64,000 nucleotides of DNA, taken from IMG/VR virus record IMGVR_UViG_3300036942_000148, positions 14,609 through 78,608 of that record; one strand, written 5' to 3'. Made by a program: the position numbers and the translations under genes. Below the pieces are notes generated by a model. The model made no database searches, was not told where the DNA came from, and was given only the letters and a program-made list of their open reading frames with translations. This DNA comes from a virus (Duplodnaviria; Caudoviricetes). Every line of letters starts with the position of its first letter. The stretch's first letter is position 1. Shown here in pieces: positions 9,468-19,311 of this stretch.

Positions 9468-9503
9468 AGTATAGAGGTTGCAACGGTCAATTTAACATTT
9501 TGA

Positions 9504-12257
9504 ACTGAGGTTCTGTCCTGAAGGTCCCGAATAAGAAGAAGCGCCCATTGATTGGACTTCGATAAAAGGATTCAGAATAGAATATTCATTCACATTAGGT
9601 TGGTCTAAAATAGATTTTACAACTTCATCTTTCTTAACTGATATGTTAACATCAGTATTTCCACCACGTCTAGCATCTTTATATTTTCTAAAAGCATCTG
9701 CCATAGATTTATAAAGAATAGCGTTAACTTGTTCTGCTCCACGGAGTCTATAATTTTCCATACTATTCTTATCTTTATAAGCATTATTAGTTAATAACTC
9801 ATTAGCGTAAAGCAACACTCCCACGATATCAGTAGGTTGATCTAAATCTTCTAACACGTCTTCAGTAATGGGATCAATGAATAAATCCATGATGTTATTA
9901 AATGTTTTACCTTTTAATCTACTTCCATATAAATCTTGGAAGAAATCTAAATAAATAGTCTTTTCATTTAATTTATCGAATTCTACTTCTTTAGTGGGAG
10001 GCTCATAAAGTCCATTAAGAAGCATACTATTTCTAAATGGTTCGTTAGAATAATATAAATAACCATCTGCAAATTCCACCATGTTATATTTAGAATCTTC
10101 TTTGGGAGGTAAATTCTTCTTATCTTCAGTAAATTCATAATCAATATCATACCTATCTAAAACATTTTCTAAACCTTCATAGAAGCCTAATAATAAAATA
10201 GTAGGAACTTTTACGTTACCAGTTCTCACTCTACTATATACAAATCTATTACCAGCATTTTTACTATTTACTTTAGCATCAATATCTTCATCAAACTCAG
10301 AAATCAAGTTAGTTATAGTGGAATATAAATTACTACCTATATCATTTTTCTTATTACCATTCAAATAAGTAGAGAATACGTTGAATTCTTTCTTATTCAT
10401 CACCAATAGCTCTTTATCTTCATCGTTATAACCAAGAACTATCAGATCCTTATCATCTTCAACTTTGTCCAGTGCTTTGGTGTAATCTACTTTTTGTTTG
10501 TTTTCTATTTTTTCTATAACTTTAGATCTATCAAAGAATATATAATTATCTCCAATCTTAATTGAAATCATGTATTGAGATAGATCGTCATATTCCAGTG
10601 GATTATTATAATCTTCATTATTCCTCAATGCGTTTCCTTTTTCTACAGTTATTCTATTATAGTTCTTGATTTCTTCCACATTATCTACTAATTGCTTTCT
10701 AAGCTTAGTCATATTCTCACTGACATTAGTTCCAAACCTATTCATAAACATCTTACTGTAATTGCTAACCATCTGAACTTCATCTGGGTTGATCTTAGTA
10801 ATAGGTTTAGGGAATATCTGCTTCTTGATGAATTTCTTACCACCATTGATATAGAAGAATTGACCGTTCTCTACAATAGGAACATCTACTGAAACGGTAT
10901 GAGTTTGTCCGTTAACATCAGAAAACTTTATAGTGTAAGTTTCTTTCTTATTGAACTCGTCAGAAGTATCATCTTTTTCGAAACTTTCAAGGTAGACAGG
11001 AAATTCTTTATCATCATTGAAACCAGTAAGAATTGCAGCTTGATCCTGTTCGAATTGCTTTTCCATATAGTTTCTATCAAAATCTTTCATAGTAGATTGC
11101 TTCAGATCTTCATTGATCACGTCAGCTTCTATATTTTCCTTATCTATTTTTTTAGCTTGAAAGTTTTCTAATATTTCTTCTATAGTCTTTCCAGAATCCA
11201 TTTTAATCTTAGCTTGTTTGTCAGATAATTCATCTTTCCTCTTATCTAACACTTTCTGTTGATTGTTAGATATTCTCTTTTCATTAACTTTCTCTATATA
11301 TTTTTTAAATTCTTCGTTATCTTTTAAGTTTTCTATGATTTCATCCTCATCAACTTCCTGCTCACCTTCAGGAACTTCCTCATCAACTAGTTGTCTCACT
11401 TTCATGAAGTGTTCATTATTAGAGTTAATATCAAATAAATCAGATATCCTTCTAGCTATCTCATCTTTTATTCTTTCCTTACCTTCTTCATCTTCTGTCT
11501 GTTTTTCAACTTCTTGAGTTTTTTCAGTCTCATTATCTTGCTTAATATTATTCATAAACTTTTCTAATTGTGTATTAAATCTAGCACGGTTTACTTCCCC
11601 GTCTATCTTAAACTTCATCCACAATTTTTCTCTAGAGTTGTACAAAACAAAAGTGATATTTTCGAACCTTCTGTTCAATAGGTTCCTAGTATTAACCCAT
11701 TGGTAGATAAATGATAGAGGATGAGTGAGATTACTCCTATCGCTGTAGTCATAATATTCATTAACAGGAACTATGCAGTAAGCATTATCTCTATGAGGAA
11801 CTTTATTTTCATCTAATACTTGGTGTAAATAGTCTTCAAACATATTCACTTTCCGTTTCTTCTCGTACATCACCCTTTGGAAGAAACCATTTATATTAGG
11901 AGAAAGGTCATAAAAATAATTAATATCTTCATAGCTATCTAAGTTCCTTTTAGTCGTCTTTATATATTGGAAATTCTTCTTTAAATATTGGTAGTACTTC
12001 CTCCTATCGACTCTTATTTTAGTACCTCTAATTAGATCAGAATCTATATATCTATTAACGTAATAACCAGTTATTAATCTAGGGTAAAATAGTTCATTCT
12101 TTATCAAATCTTCTAAATCAGTTTTCTCTTTAGAAAGATTAAAAATTACATAATTATCATCATTATCTTTATCGTTAAAGATAAGTTTGTTATAATTATA
12201 TAAGTATAAATTTTTCAACTTTTTTATAGAATACACTAAATATGCACTTCCTTTCAT
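9504..12257 (-). CDS. rpoB: RNAP beta-like subunit, exon 1; the spliced product is 1383 aa, probably the virion RNAP beta N-terminal subunit
   Basis: VPIVENGQFFYINGGKKF, YRLRGAEQV and GPSGQNLS (fork loop 2) motifs; virion-type assignment is inferred from the late promoter and size. Confidence 0.9.
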
Positions 12258-12277
12258 ATATTATCTCATATAATATT

Positions 12278-12289
12278 TATATAATTGTT
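12278..12289 (-). promoter_or_regulatory. AACA-N6-TA late-type promoter
   Basis: AACAATTATATA about 20 nt upstream of the RNAP start. Confidence 0.65.
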
Positions 12290-12401
12290 AAGTACATTTT
12301 TTAACTAATTTTATAAACCTATATTATAATAGTGATTAGAAAGAATTTTGCTATAGCTATGGCAAAGTAAATTAAACAAAAAAATTTATTTCTAATCGAA
12401 T

Positions 12402-12413
12402 AACAAAAATATA
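12402..12413 (+). promoter_or_regulatory. AACA-N6-TA late-type promoter
   Basis: AACAAAAATATA upstream of 12442. Confidence 0.5.
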
Positions 12414-12441
12414 CTTTATAGAAATCCTAGGAGGGATTATT

Positions 12442-13305
12442 GTGGCAAAGAAAATTACTATTAAGAAAAAGAAGCAAGAAGAGGTTAAAGAAGAAAAGAA
12501 AGTTGACCTGAAGAAGAAAGACGAGCCTAAAGAATCTAAGGAAACTGAAGAAAAGACAGAAGAAGTAGTAGAGAAATCTGAAGAACAAGTTCAACCAGAA
12601 CCTAAAGAAGAAATCAAGATGCCTAAAAAGACTTCCAAGAAAGAAAAGAAGTCTGATGCTTCTAATAAGGTAGCTAATATCTTAGCAGAAGTAGTAGGTA
12701 AATTTGTTGATGACGCTGATAAAGAAGAAATTCAATCAGTAGCTAAAGAAGTTTATGACGAATATACTACTGAGCTTGATCTTGAAGAAAACGTTCAGAG
12801 AGTTGAAATTGTTAAAGAAGGTAGAGTTAAGCGTGACGAGTTAATTCACTTATTCTATCAGAGATGTTCAGACAATGGAATTAATTTACCTTCACTTAAA
12901 TTAGCTAAACAGCTAATCGAGATCTTTGAAGGCATCATTCTTGATATTACTTCTCCTGAGAATAAGAGTAACGTTACTGTATTTAACTCTTATTTAAAGT
13001 ATGAAGAAGTTGGTAGGATTGTCAATAATCCTCCAAAGACTGATTATAAAACTCTTAGAGATTATTCAGCTAAGAGAAAGATGAATCAGTACGTTGAAGA
13101 ACCAACTGTATATCACGGTAAAGAAATTGATGATAAGTACTTTGCTGTTAAAGTTCCTGAAGAAGAATTCAAGAATGGTGCTAGAGAATCATTTGCTGTA
13201 TTAATTAAACCAGAAGAAAATCCTGGTCTGAAAGACAAAGTTAAAATCAAAGTGAATGATGATAATGAGTTCGAAGAGTATCTTGAGGAGACTGAAGAAG
13301 AGTAA
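12442..13305 (+). CDS. HU/IHF-like DNA-binding protein with a charged N-terminal extension
   Basis: KRDELI...SLKLAKQLIEIFEGII...NVTVFNSYLKYEEVGRIVNNP aligns by eye with the HU helices and beta arm; AGGAGG SD. Confidence 0.55.
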   Translation: MAKKITIKKKKQEEVKEEKKVDLKKKDEPKESKETEEKTEEVVEKSEEQVQPEPKEEIKMPKKTSKKEKKSDASNKVANILAEVVGKFVDDADKEEIQSVAKEVYDEYTTELDLEENVQRVEIVKEGRVKRDELIHLFYQRCSDNGINLPSLKLAKQLIEIFEGIILDITSPENKSNVTVFNSYLKYEEVGRIVNNPPKTDYKTLRDYSAKRKMNQYVEEPTVYHGKEIDDKYFAVKVPEEEFKNGARESFAVLIKPEENPGLKDKVKIKVNDDNEFEEYLEETEEE

Positions 13306-13342
13306 TTAAATATTAATAAAGTAAGAATAATGTTTTGTCCAA

Positions 13343-13381
13343 CCCGTCTTTATTAAATTAAGGACGGGGAATTATTTTTTT
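13343..13381 (+). terminator. Intrinsic terminator
   Basis: CCCGTC/GACGGG stem plus T run. Confidence 0.6.
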
Positions 13382-13407
13382 GTAATAAACTAGGAGGTAT
13401 ATTTATA

Positions 13408-13965
13408 TTGCTTTTAAATAACAACTCACTGAATCTAAATAAATTATATGAAATGAAATATAAAACATTTTCTAAATTCGATAACCTTAAAAAGTTCAGT
13501 AATAAAGATACTTACATTCATAATCTTGATAGGTATATTCTTCATACATTAGAAGAAATGGCTGAGGTTCAGTTGGATGAAGATGATAGAGAAGAGTCAA
13601 TTGATGTTCTATTATATTTAGGCACTATCTATTCTTTCATATCAAAAACATTAGAAAATAGTTATGATGTTTATTCAAGTAAATTTAATAAAGTCACTAT
13701 TATAGATGTCAATTATAAAGAAGACGAACAAGAAATAATGAACAATATTTTTATTAAGCTTATGCAGATCAGAAGGAAGTTCCCAGAAAGAAAGTGGCAC
13801 AAAAATATCACTGTTGATAGTGAAAAACATAAAGAGAGATTAATAGAATCTAAAGAGTTATTAGAAGAATGCATAACTCTAATATCGATGATAATCAAAA
13901 ACAAGTGTGAAGATGAAAATGAGTTCAATCAACTGATAGAAGAAAAGCATAATAAACTTCATTAA
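13408..13965 (+). CDS. MazG-like all-alpha NTP pyrophosphohydrolase
   Basis: EEMAEV...EESIDVLLY (EExxE...ExxD) metal-binding pattern. Confidence 0.6.
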   Translation: MLLNNNSLNLNKLYEMKYKTFSKFDNLKKFSNKDTYIHNLDRYILHTLEEMAEVQLDEDDREESIDVLLYLGTIYSFISKTLENSYDVYSSKFNKVTIIDVNYKEDEQEIMNNIFIKLMQIRRKFPERKWHKNITVDSEKHKERLIESKELLEECITLISMIIKNKCEDENEFNQLIEEKHNKLH

Positions 13966-13967
13966 AT

Positions 13968-13979
13968 AACAATTAAGTA
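13968..13979 (+). promoter_or_regulatory. AACA-N6-TA late-type promoter
   Basis: AACAATTAAGTA upstream of 14037; overlaps the terminator stem. Confidence 0.45.
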
Positions 13980-14017
13980 ATGTATAGATTTTATTATACA
14001 TTACTTATTTTTTTTTT
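13975..14017 (+). terminator. Intrinsic terminator
   Basis: AAGTAATGTATA/TATACATTACTT stem plus T run. Confidence 0.7.
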
Positions 14018-14036
14018 ATAATGAAAGGGTGATTTA

Positions 14037-15311
14037 ATGGCGTATGATAAGATAGTTGGATATAAATTTAAACCTATATTAAAAGCAATAGTAGATGGCG
14101 AAGATCAAGAGATCGATGTTTCTTCTAATATAAAAAAGATAGTAATTCAATCTGATTATAAAAATAGAATATTTCCTATAATGAAAATGCAACTAATTTT
14201 AAATGCTTCTAGGATAAATTTTTTTAAAGACAACGAACACAAACTTAAATTTAAATTAGATTTGAATAGATATAAATCTCAAGAAGTAGAAGAGGAAGAG
14301 TCATACACTTTTTATGATAATTATATTAAAGATTTAATACTGAAACCTTTTAACTTAAACCTCTCTAAAGTTACTACTTCAGAAAACGATACTAATCACG
14401 AGATAGTTCCCAGTAATCAATTAGAACTTACATTTTTTTCTGTGTTCCACCTCAATTACAATAAGAAAGTCCATAATAAAGTATTTAGGAATTGTCAGAT
14501 GAAGGATGTTCTACTCTATTTTCTAGATCAAAATACTGACGGTAAAAAATTATTGTTAAAGCAACCTGACAATGGTAAGAAATACGAGCAGGTGATAGTT
14601 CCTCCTGATAGTCTCACCAACATATTCTATTATCTTAATAGAAATTATGGAATATACAATAGTGGAATGAAGCTTTTCTTTGATTATAACAAGCATTACT
14701 TGATATCTAACGATTTTAAAAATGAGGTAGCGGTCACTCCTGATGAATATGACACTGTAATTTTCAACGTACTAAATCCTGATTCGGTTAGATATAAGAA
14801 TGTGAACTTTGGAATATTCGAAGATGAGGAAAGTAAAAAATATGAGATTATAATGAGAGATACTATAGAAAAAATAAATGCAACTGATGGTGAAAAAGAA
14901 ATATTTGGTGAAGAACTTTCTTTTCATTCTATAGATAAAAATAGTCATTTTAATGATAGAGATGTTGAAAATAAAAGAATAACTAGAAATGATAGAGATG
15001 ATGATATTAATTTTGAACAAGCTAAAGAAAAAGTATTATGGAATCCTTATAGTCATGAATATATAGAACGAGAATATAAACACCGAACAGAACAAAGACA
15101 AACTCAATTTAAAATTCCATTAGCTTATTTTAAATTAGATCTTATAACTCCTAATAAAAAATATATAATAAAATATAAAGAAGAAGATAATGCTAAAAAA
15201 TTTAATGGAACCTATCACTTAAATCAATTAAATTATCAATTTGTAAGATTAAATAATTATGAATACTTTGATATATATGGGGTAGGTCTATTTGAAAGAG
15301 TATTAGATTAA
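14037..15311 (+). CDS. Putative baseplate/tail structural protein
   Basis: 424-aa ORF in a structural context; hub-like VLLYFL...KKYEQVIVPP...YYLNRNYGIY segment. Confidence 0.5.
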   Translation: MAYDKIVGYKFKPILKAIVDGEDQEIDVSSNIKKIVIQSDYKNRIFPIMKMQLILNASRINFFKDNEHKLKFKLDLNRYKSQEVEEEESYTFYDNYIKDLILKPFNLNLSKVTTSENDTNHEIVPSNQLELTFFSVFHLNYNKKVHNKVFRNCQMKDVLLYFLDQNTDGKKLLLKQPDNGKKYEQVIVPPDSLTNIFYYLNRNYGIYNSGMKLFFDYNKHYLISNDFKNEVAVTPDEYDTVIFNVLNPDSVRYKNVNFGIFEDEESKKYEIIMRDTIEKINATDGEKEIFGEELSFHSIDKNSHFNDRDVENKRITRNDRDDDINFEQAKEKVLWNPYSHEYIEREYKHRTEQRQTQFKIPLAYFKLDLITPNKKYIIKYKEEDNAKKFNGTYHLNQLNYQFVRLNNYEYFDIYGVGLFERVLD

Positions 15312-15320
15312 AATAAAAAG

Positions 15321-15348
15321 CCGATATGACGTATTGCAGTCATATCGG
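15321..15348. terminator. Bidirectional terminator
   Basis: CCGATATGAC/GTCATATCGG between convergent genes. Confidence 0.75.
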
Positions 15349-15371
15349 TAATTTATTATTAAAAATTTATA

Positions 15372-16340
15372 TTAAAACATAAATTGATCTAAAATTCCAC
15401 CAGTAGTTGATTCTTCAAATGATTCATTAGCAACTGCATTTGCTTGAACAATTGCTTTAGCAATCTTATACATATCTTTTGCAGCTCTAGCTTGAACTGA
15501 GGATACTGCTGTGATTGCACGTAAACTAACGTTCAATAAGTTTCTTCTATTAGCTACTTCATCTTTCAGAGCTTTGATTTCAGCAGATTCTTTATCGTCA
15601 CCTTTTTGTGCTTCCACTAAACCTTCTTTAGCTTTCTCAATAGCATTATTTCCAGCTTCAGTTACAGCGTCATGTAACTTTTTATATTTCTCTTCAAGTT
15701 CATCTGCTTCATCTAATACTTTATGCATTAGTTCTACGTCTTTCTTATCTAATTTTCCTTCTTTTTCTTGACTTACAGATTTCTCTAAAGCTTTCTTAAA
15801 GTCTCTAGCAGTTCCTTGCTTGCCAAGATCGAACTCTTCGGAGAACATTTCCCAGATAGCAGGTAACTTCATCTTATTACCATGCTCTTCTAAGTGTCCA
15901 CCTTTAACTAGTTCTACTACTTTTTCTAAGTTAGACAGTCCACAAACTTCTTCTGTCCATTTATATACTTTGATATCAGGAAGATCTCCTCTATAGGATT
16001 TCAATATTTCTTCATGATTTTCATAGTAGTTATAATACTTTTGGAAGGAAGAATTAAACTTCTCTATTAAGGACATAAACCAATTTGCAGCTTTCCTCAC
16101 AAGTTCTACTAATCTGTCATATAAGTCTTGGAAGAATGATTTTAAGCTTTCGTTTAAAGCTTCTTCGTCACTCTCTTCAGTAATGAAATAGTGTTCAGCG
16201 ATAATCATCTTCATAGTAGATTCATGAAGAGTTTCATTACTCTCTATGAATAATTCCAATAATTCATCTTCTGTTCCTTCATATGAAAGAGATTCATCTA
16301 AAAATTTATTTTCTTTCTTTTCTTCTTCATTTAAAAACAT
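15372..16340 (-). CDS. Putative inner-head/ejected protein, MFLxE family
   Basis: MFLNE start, acidic leader, AEH motif, ALNE then an amphipathic helix. Confidence 0.6.
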   Translation of the reverse strand: MFLNEEEKKENKFLDESLSYEGTEDELLELFIESNETLHESTMKMIIAEHYFITEESDEEALNESLKSFFQDLYDRLVELVRKAANWFMSLIEKFNSSFQKYYNYYENHEEILKSYRGDLPDIKVYKWTEEVCGLSNLEKVVELVKGGHLEEHGNKMKLPAIWEMFSEEFDLGKQGTARDFKKALEKSVSQEKEGKLDKKDVELMHKVLDEADELEEKYKKLHDAVTEAGNNAIEKAKEGLVEAQKGDDKESAEIKALKDEVANRRNLLNVSLRAITAVSSVQARAAKDMYKIAKAIVQANAVANESFEESTTGGILDQFMF

Positions 16341-16370
16341 ATGATATTTTCCTCCTTATTCAATAATCTA

Positions 16371-17246
16371 TTATTTATCTGAATTCTTTTTGCTTTCTTT
16401 TACAACAGCTTTTAAAACTTTTAAAGATTCAGAAGCTGATTTACTTCTAGCAGTGATGAGCTGAGTATAAACAGTATAAGCTACCTTACTCTCTGTTTGT
16501 CTATTCTTAACTTGCTGTCTCAATAATGACAATTCACTATCTTGAACGTCATCTTTACTCTTAGCTTCTGACAGTCCTTCTTCAGCTTTCTCTACTGCTT
16601 TTTCTAAAGAATCTCTAACTACAGAAGACATTTCTCTGAAGTCTTTTAATTCTTCTTCAGCTTTCTGAACGTTAACTGAAGCTTCTTTAATTAGACCAGG
16701 GCTAGTCTTTCTTTTTTTCTGCTCTTCCTCACCAAAAACTCTATTATAAATCTCATCTCTAATACTTTCAACTTCTCCACCAAAGATTTCTTCTTTAAGT
16801 TCTCTCTGAGTGATTACTCCTTCTCTTTCTTGACCTACTACTTCTCCCAAACCTCTAAGGATATTTTTATACTCATCGATTCCAAGAGTAGAATAAGTAT
16901 TAACTTCAACACTAACATCAGTAGTAATATATTCTTTATTTTTTTCATACCATTTACTATACTGATTGAATCTGTCCATGGCTTTTCTGAAATACTTCTC
17001 GATCCAATTTCTAACCTTTTGAGCAAACTTCTTAAGAGTATCCATAATTTTCTTAAAGAAATCGGAAGCTGCTTCATTCAGATTAATATCTTCAGTAACT
17101 ACAGCTCTATGTTCAGCGATAACCATAGCGTTTTCGATACTGAACAGTGTCTGATCTGTTTCATAGATAATATCTAATGCACCAGCTAAAGTAGGATCTA
17201 CATCAATTTTATTATATTCTTTACTTTCACTTTCATTTAAAAACAT
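16371..17246 (-). CDS. Putative inner-head/ejected protein, MFLxE family
   Basis: MFLNE start, AEH motif, NLNE then an amphipathic helix. Confidence 0.6.
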   Translation of the reverse strand: MFLNESESKEYNKIDVDPTLAGALDIIYETDQTLFSIENAMVIAEHRAVVTEDINLNEAASDFFKKIMDTLKKFAQKVRNWIEKYFRKAMDRFNQYSKWYEKNKEYITTDVSVEVNTYSTLGIDEYKNILRGLGEVVGQEREGVITQRELKEEIFGGEVESIRDEIYNRVFGEEEQKKRKTSPGLIKEASVNVQKAEEELKDFREMSSVVRDSLEKAVEKAEEGLSEAKSKDDVQDSELSLLRQQVKNRQTESKVAYTVYTQLITARSKSASESLKVLKAVVKESKKNSDK

Positions 17247-17283
17247 ATAAGATTTTACCCCTTTCTATATTTAATTTCAATAT

Positions 17284-17335
17284 AAAAAACGATGTCTATG
17301 AAACCTTAATTAAAAGGATATAGACATCGTTTTTT
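17284..17335. terminator. Intrinsic terminator
   Basis: 16-bp inverted repeat AAAAAACGATGTCTAT/ATAGACATCGTTTTTT. Confidence 0.75.
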
Positions 17336-17366
17336 ATTTATATTATAACTTATTTGATTATATTAA

Positions 17367-18191
17367 TTACTCGTCATCTCCACTATCTTTCTTAACTTTC
17401 ATAGCTTTAGTAGCAATAGAATCTAAAGCACTCATATTTTTTCTGTAAATACCTAATCTATTATTAACGATTTTAAGCTTTAATGAAGCTTCTTTAAGTT
17501 TATCATCAGCTTCTGACTTCTTTTCTTGAAGTTCTTTAACTGCTTTTTCATCTTTAGCGCTATTAGCTTTACTTTCTAATTGATCTACAGTCTTCTGAAC
17601 TTCGTCTACTTCTTTCTGAAGTTTCTGCTGTCTATCAACTAGCATATCAAACTTCTTCTGTTCAGCATCAAAAGCTTTAATAACTTCGTCAGCGGACTTG
17701 AGTTCTTTTTCAGAAGTAACGTTTGCAGCTTTTACACTATCTTTTTCAAAAGCATCTTTAAGACCATTTTTGAATCTTTCAACAGTAACATCTTTAGTTT
17801 TAAGAGCAATAGCTAATTTACCTTTATCAACATTTTTCTTTAGCTTTTCTCCAACTTTAGAGAACATATCTTTCATCTTACCAATATATTCTTTAATTTT
17901 TTTCATTACTGTATTAAAGAGTTTCTTAACTCTTTCTTTCATCTTCTTAAGCTGTTCTTTAATTGTTTTGATAGCACTTTCTAATTTACCTTCAAGAATA
18001 GTTTCATCTTCTTTAAGGATACTGAAATGTTCAGCAATAATTAATTCTTGCTTTAATTCCTGAACTTCAATCATACCCTCAGTTAAAGCACCATACAATT
18101 CAAAGATATCTTCATTAATACTCTCACTAAGAACATCCATACTCATATCACTATATTCATTAGTTTCTACATTATTTTCGTTTAAAAACAT
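17367..18191 (-). CDS. Putative inner-head/ejected protein, MFLxE family
   Basis: MFLNE start, AEH motif, ILEG then a Lys-rich coiled coil. Confidence 0.6.
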   Translation of the reverse strand: MFLNENNVETNEYSDMSMDVLSESINEDIFELYGALTEGMIEVQELKQELIIAEHFSILKEDETILEGKLESAIKTIKEQLKKMKERVKKLFNTVMKKIKEYIGKMKDMFSKVGEKLKKNVDKGKLAIALKTKDVTVERFKNGLKDAFEKDSVKAANVTSEKELKSADEVIKAFDAEQKKFDMLVDRQQKLQKEVDEVQKTVDQLESKANSAKDEKAVKELQEKKSEADDKLKEASLKLKIVNNRLGIYRKNMSALDSIATKAMKVKKDSGDDE

Positions 18192-18228
18192 TTATTTTTC
18201 CTCCTTTAAAGGTTTAATAATCTATAAT

Positions 18229-18240
18229 TATTTTTTTGTT
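18229..18240 (-). promoter_or_regulatory. AACA-N6-TA late-type promoter
   Basis: AACAAAAAAATA upstream of 18191. Confidence 0.55.
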
Positions 18241-18321
18241 TTTTAAAACTGACATGTTTTTCTATAATTTTTCTTATTTAATTAAATATTTAATTAAAAA
18301 AAATAAAACATATATTAAAAA

Positions 18322-19296
18322 TTAAAGAATTCCACTATTGAGATCAATATTAGTAGAATCTCCATCAGTATCATCTTCAATCTCTTTTTTAGCTTCAGCG
18401 TTCCCTTTTCTCTTTTGAACGTCAATCTTATCTGCAACGTCTCTTAACTTGCTGGCTAATTTTGCTTGCTTCTCTTTAGCATCGTCATCAGAGCTGATAG
18501 ACTCTTTATTAAGTTCTACATAATTAGCAATACTGTTTAAATAATCAGATACTTTTGCTCTAGTGAAATATACAAAGTAAATGATTTGCCTAATAGTCCA
18601 TACAAAGAAAAATGTTAGGATAATAATACTAAGTCCAGCACCAACAGCTGCAAAGAAATTTTCATTATCAAGACTCTTATTGGTAAACTTCTCAAATTTA
18701 CCATCTTCAATATACTTATTGAATTTTCTAACTGAGTTGAAAGTGTAATTGGTATCAGTTCCTTTTTCCAAATCATCTTCGAAACTCATTATTAAGTTAC
18801 CTGCTTTATCTTGCTTATATTTAATAGCATTAGTAACCAAATAAGTAATCGAAAATATTAGAGAAAATACTACTGATTCGTAATAGGTCTTCAATAAGAA
18901 ATTATCTTGACGATAAGCTTCTTGAAATTCTTTTTTATATTTATCTAAGTTAATCAATGCTTGATTAAGATTAGGTATAATATCAGGTGCATTATTTTCT
19001 ATATTATAAAGTTTAGTTAGAAACCTAACTGAATCTTTGATATCCTCAAAGTTCTTTATTCTAGAAATATCACCTTTAGTCTTTTCAATTTCTTCCATCT
19101 TAATATTATTAGATTTCTCTTTAATAGAGTCCACTACGCTATTGATTAAATCTACAGAGAGATTCTTCTTATCATTTTCCTGTAAGGAATGAAAATTCCT
19201 TTGAAAACTAACTGGTTTCTTGGATAAGATAGTTTCACTAATAATATGATCTAAATTTTCTCTAGTTTCAGTGATTATTGTGTCTTTTATGATCAA
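18322..19296 (-). CDS. Putative virion protein with a hydrophobic segment
   Basis: FFAAVGAGLSIIILTFFFVWTIRQIIYF hydrophobic stretch; in a late operon. Confidence 0.6.
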   Translation of the reverse strand: MIIKDTIITETRENLDHIISETILSKKPVSFQRNFHSLQENDKKNLSVDLINSVVDSIKEKSNNIKMEEIEKTKGDISRIKNFEDIKDSVRFLTKLYNIENNAPDIIPNLNQALINLDKYKKEFQEAYRQDNFLLKTYYESVVFSLIFSITYLVTNAIKYKQDKAGNLIMSFEDDLEKGTDTNYTFNSVRKFNKYIEDGKFEKFTNKSLDNENFFAAVGAGLSIIILTFFFVWTIRQIIYFVYFTRAKVSDYLNSIANYVELNKESISSDDDAKEKQAKLASKLRDVADKIDVQKRKGNAEAKKEIEDDTDGDSTNIDLNSGIL

Positions 19297-19311
19297 TTGA
19301 ATTACACCTCC

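Larger units (their letters stand above)
7827..9503 (-). mobile_element. Group I intron 1 (1677 nt) carrying a homing endonuclease gene
   Basis: Splice after U (AAC CTC AGT|) and after G (AAACG|AGA TCA) is in frame; core motifs AATTGCTTAGAACTCC, AATAAGCAGC, GTTCAACGACTAT, GATATAGTCT lie at about 7870-8030. Confidence 0.9.

Noticed and set aside
9492-9503. SSKC* end of the 921-aa ORF as a real C-terminus
   Set aside because: These codons lie in intron 1; splicing at 9504/7826 continues the beta motifs in frame
12346-12366. Imperfect palindrome TTTGCTATAGCTATGGCAAA as an operator
   Set aside because: Single copy with no matching site elsewhere; cannot be distinguished from chance
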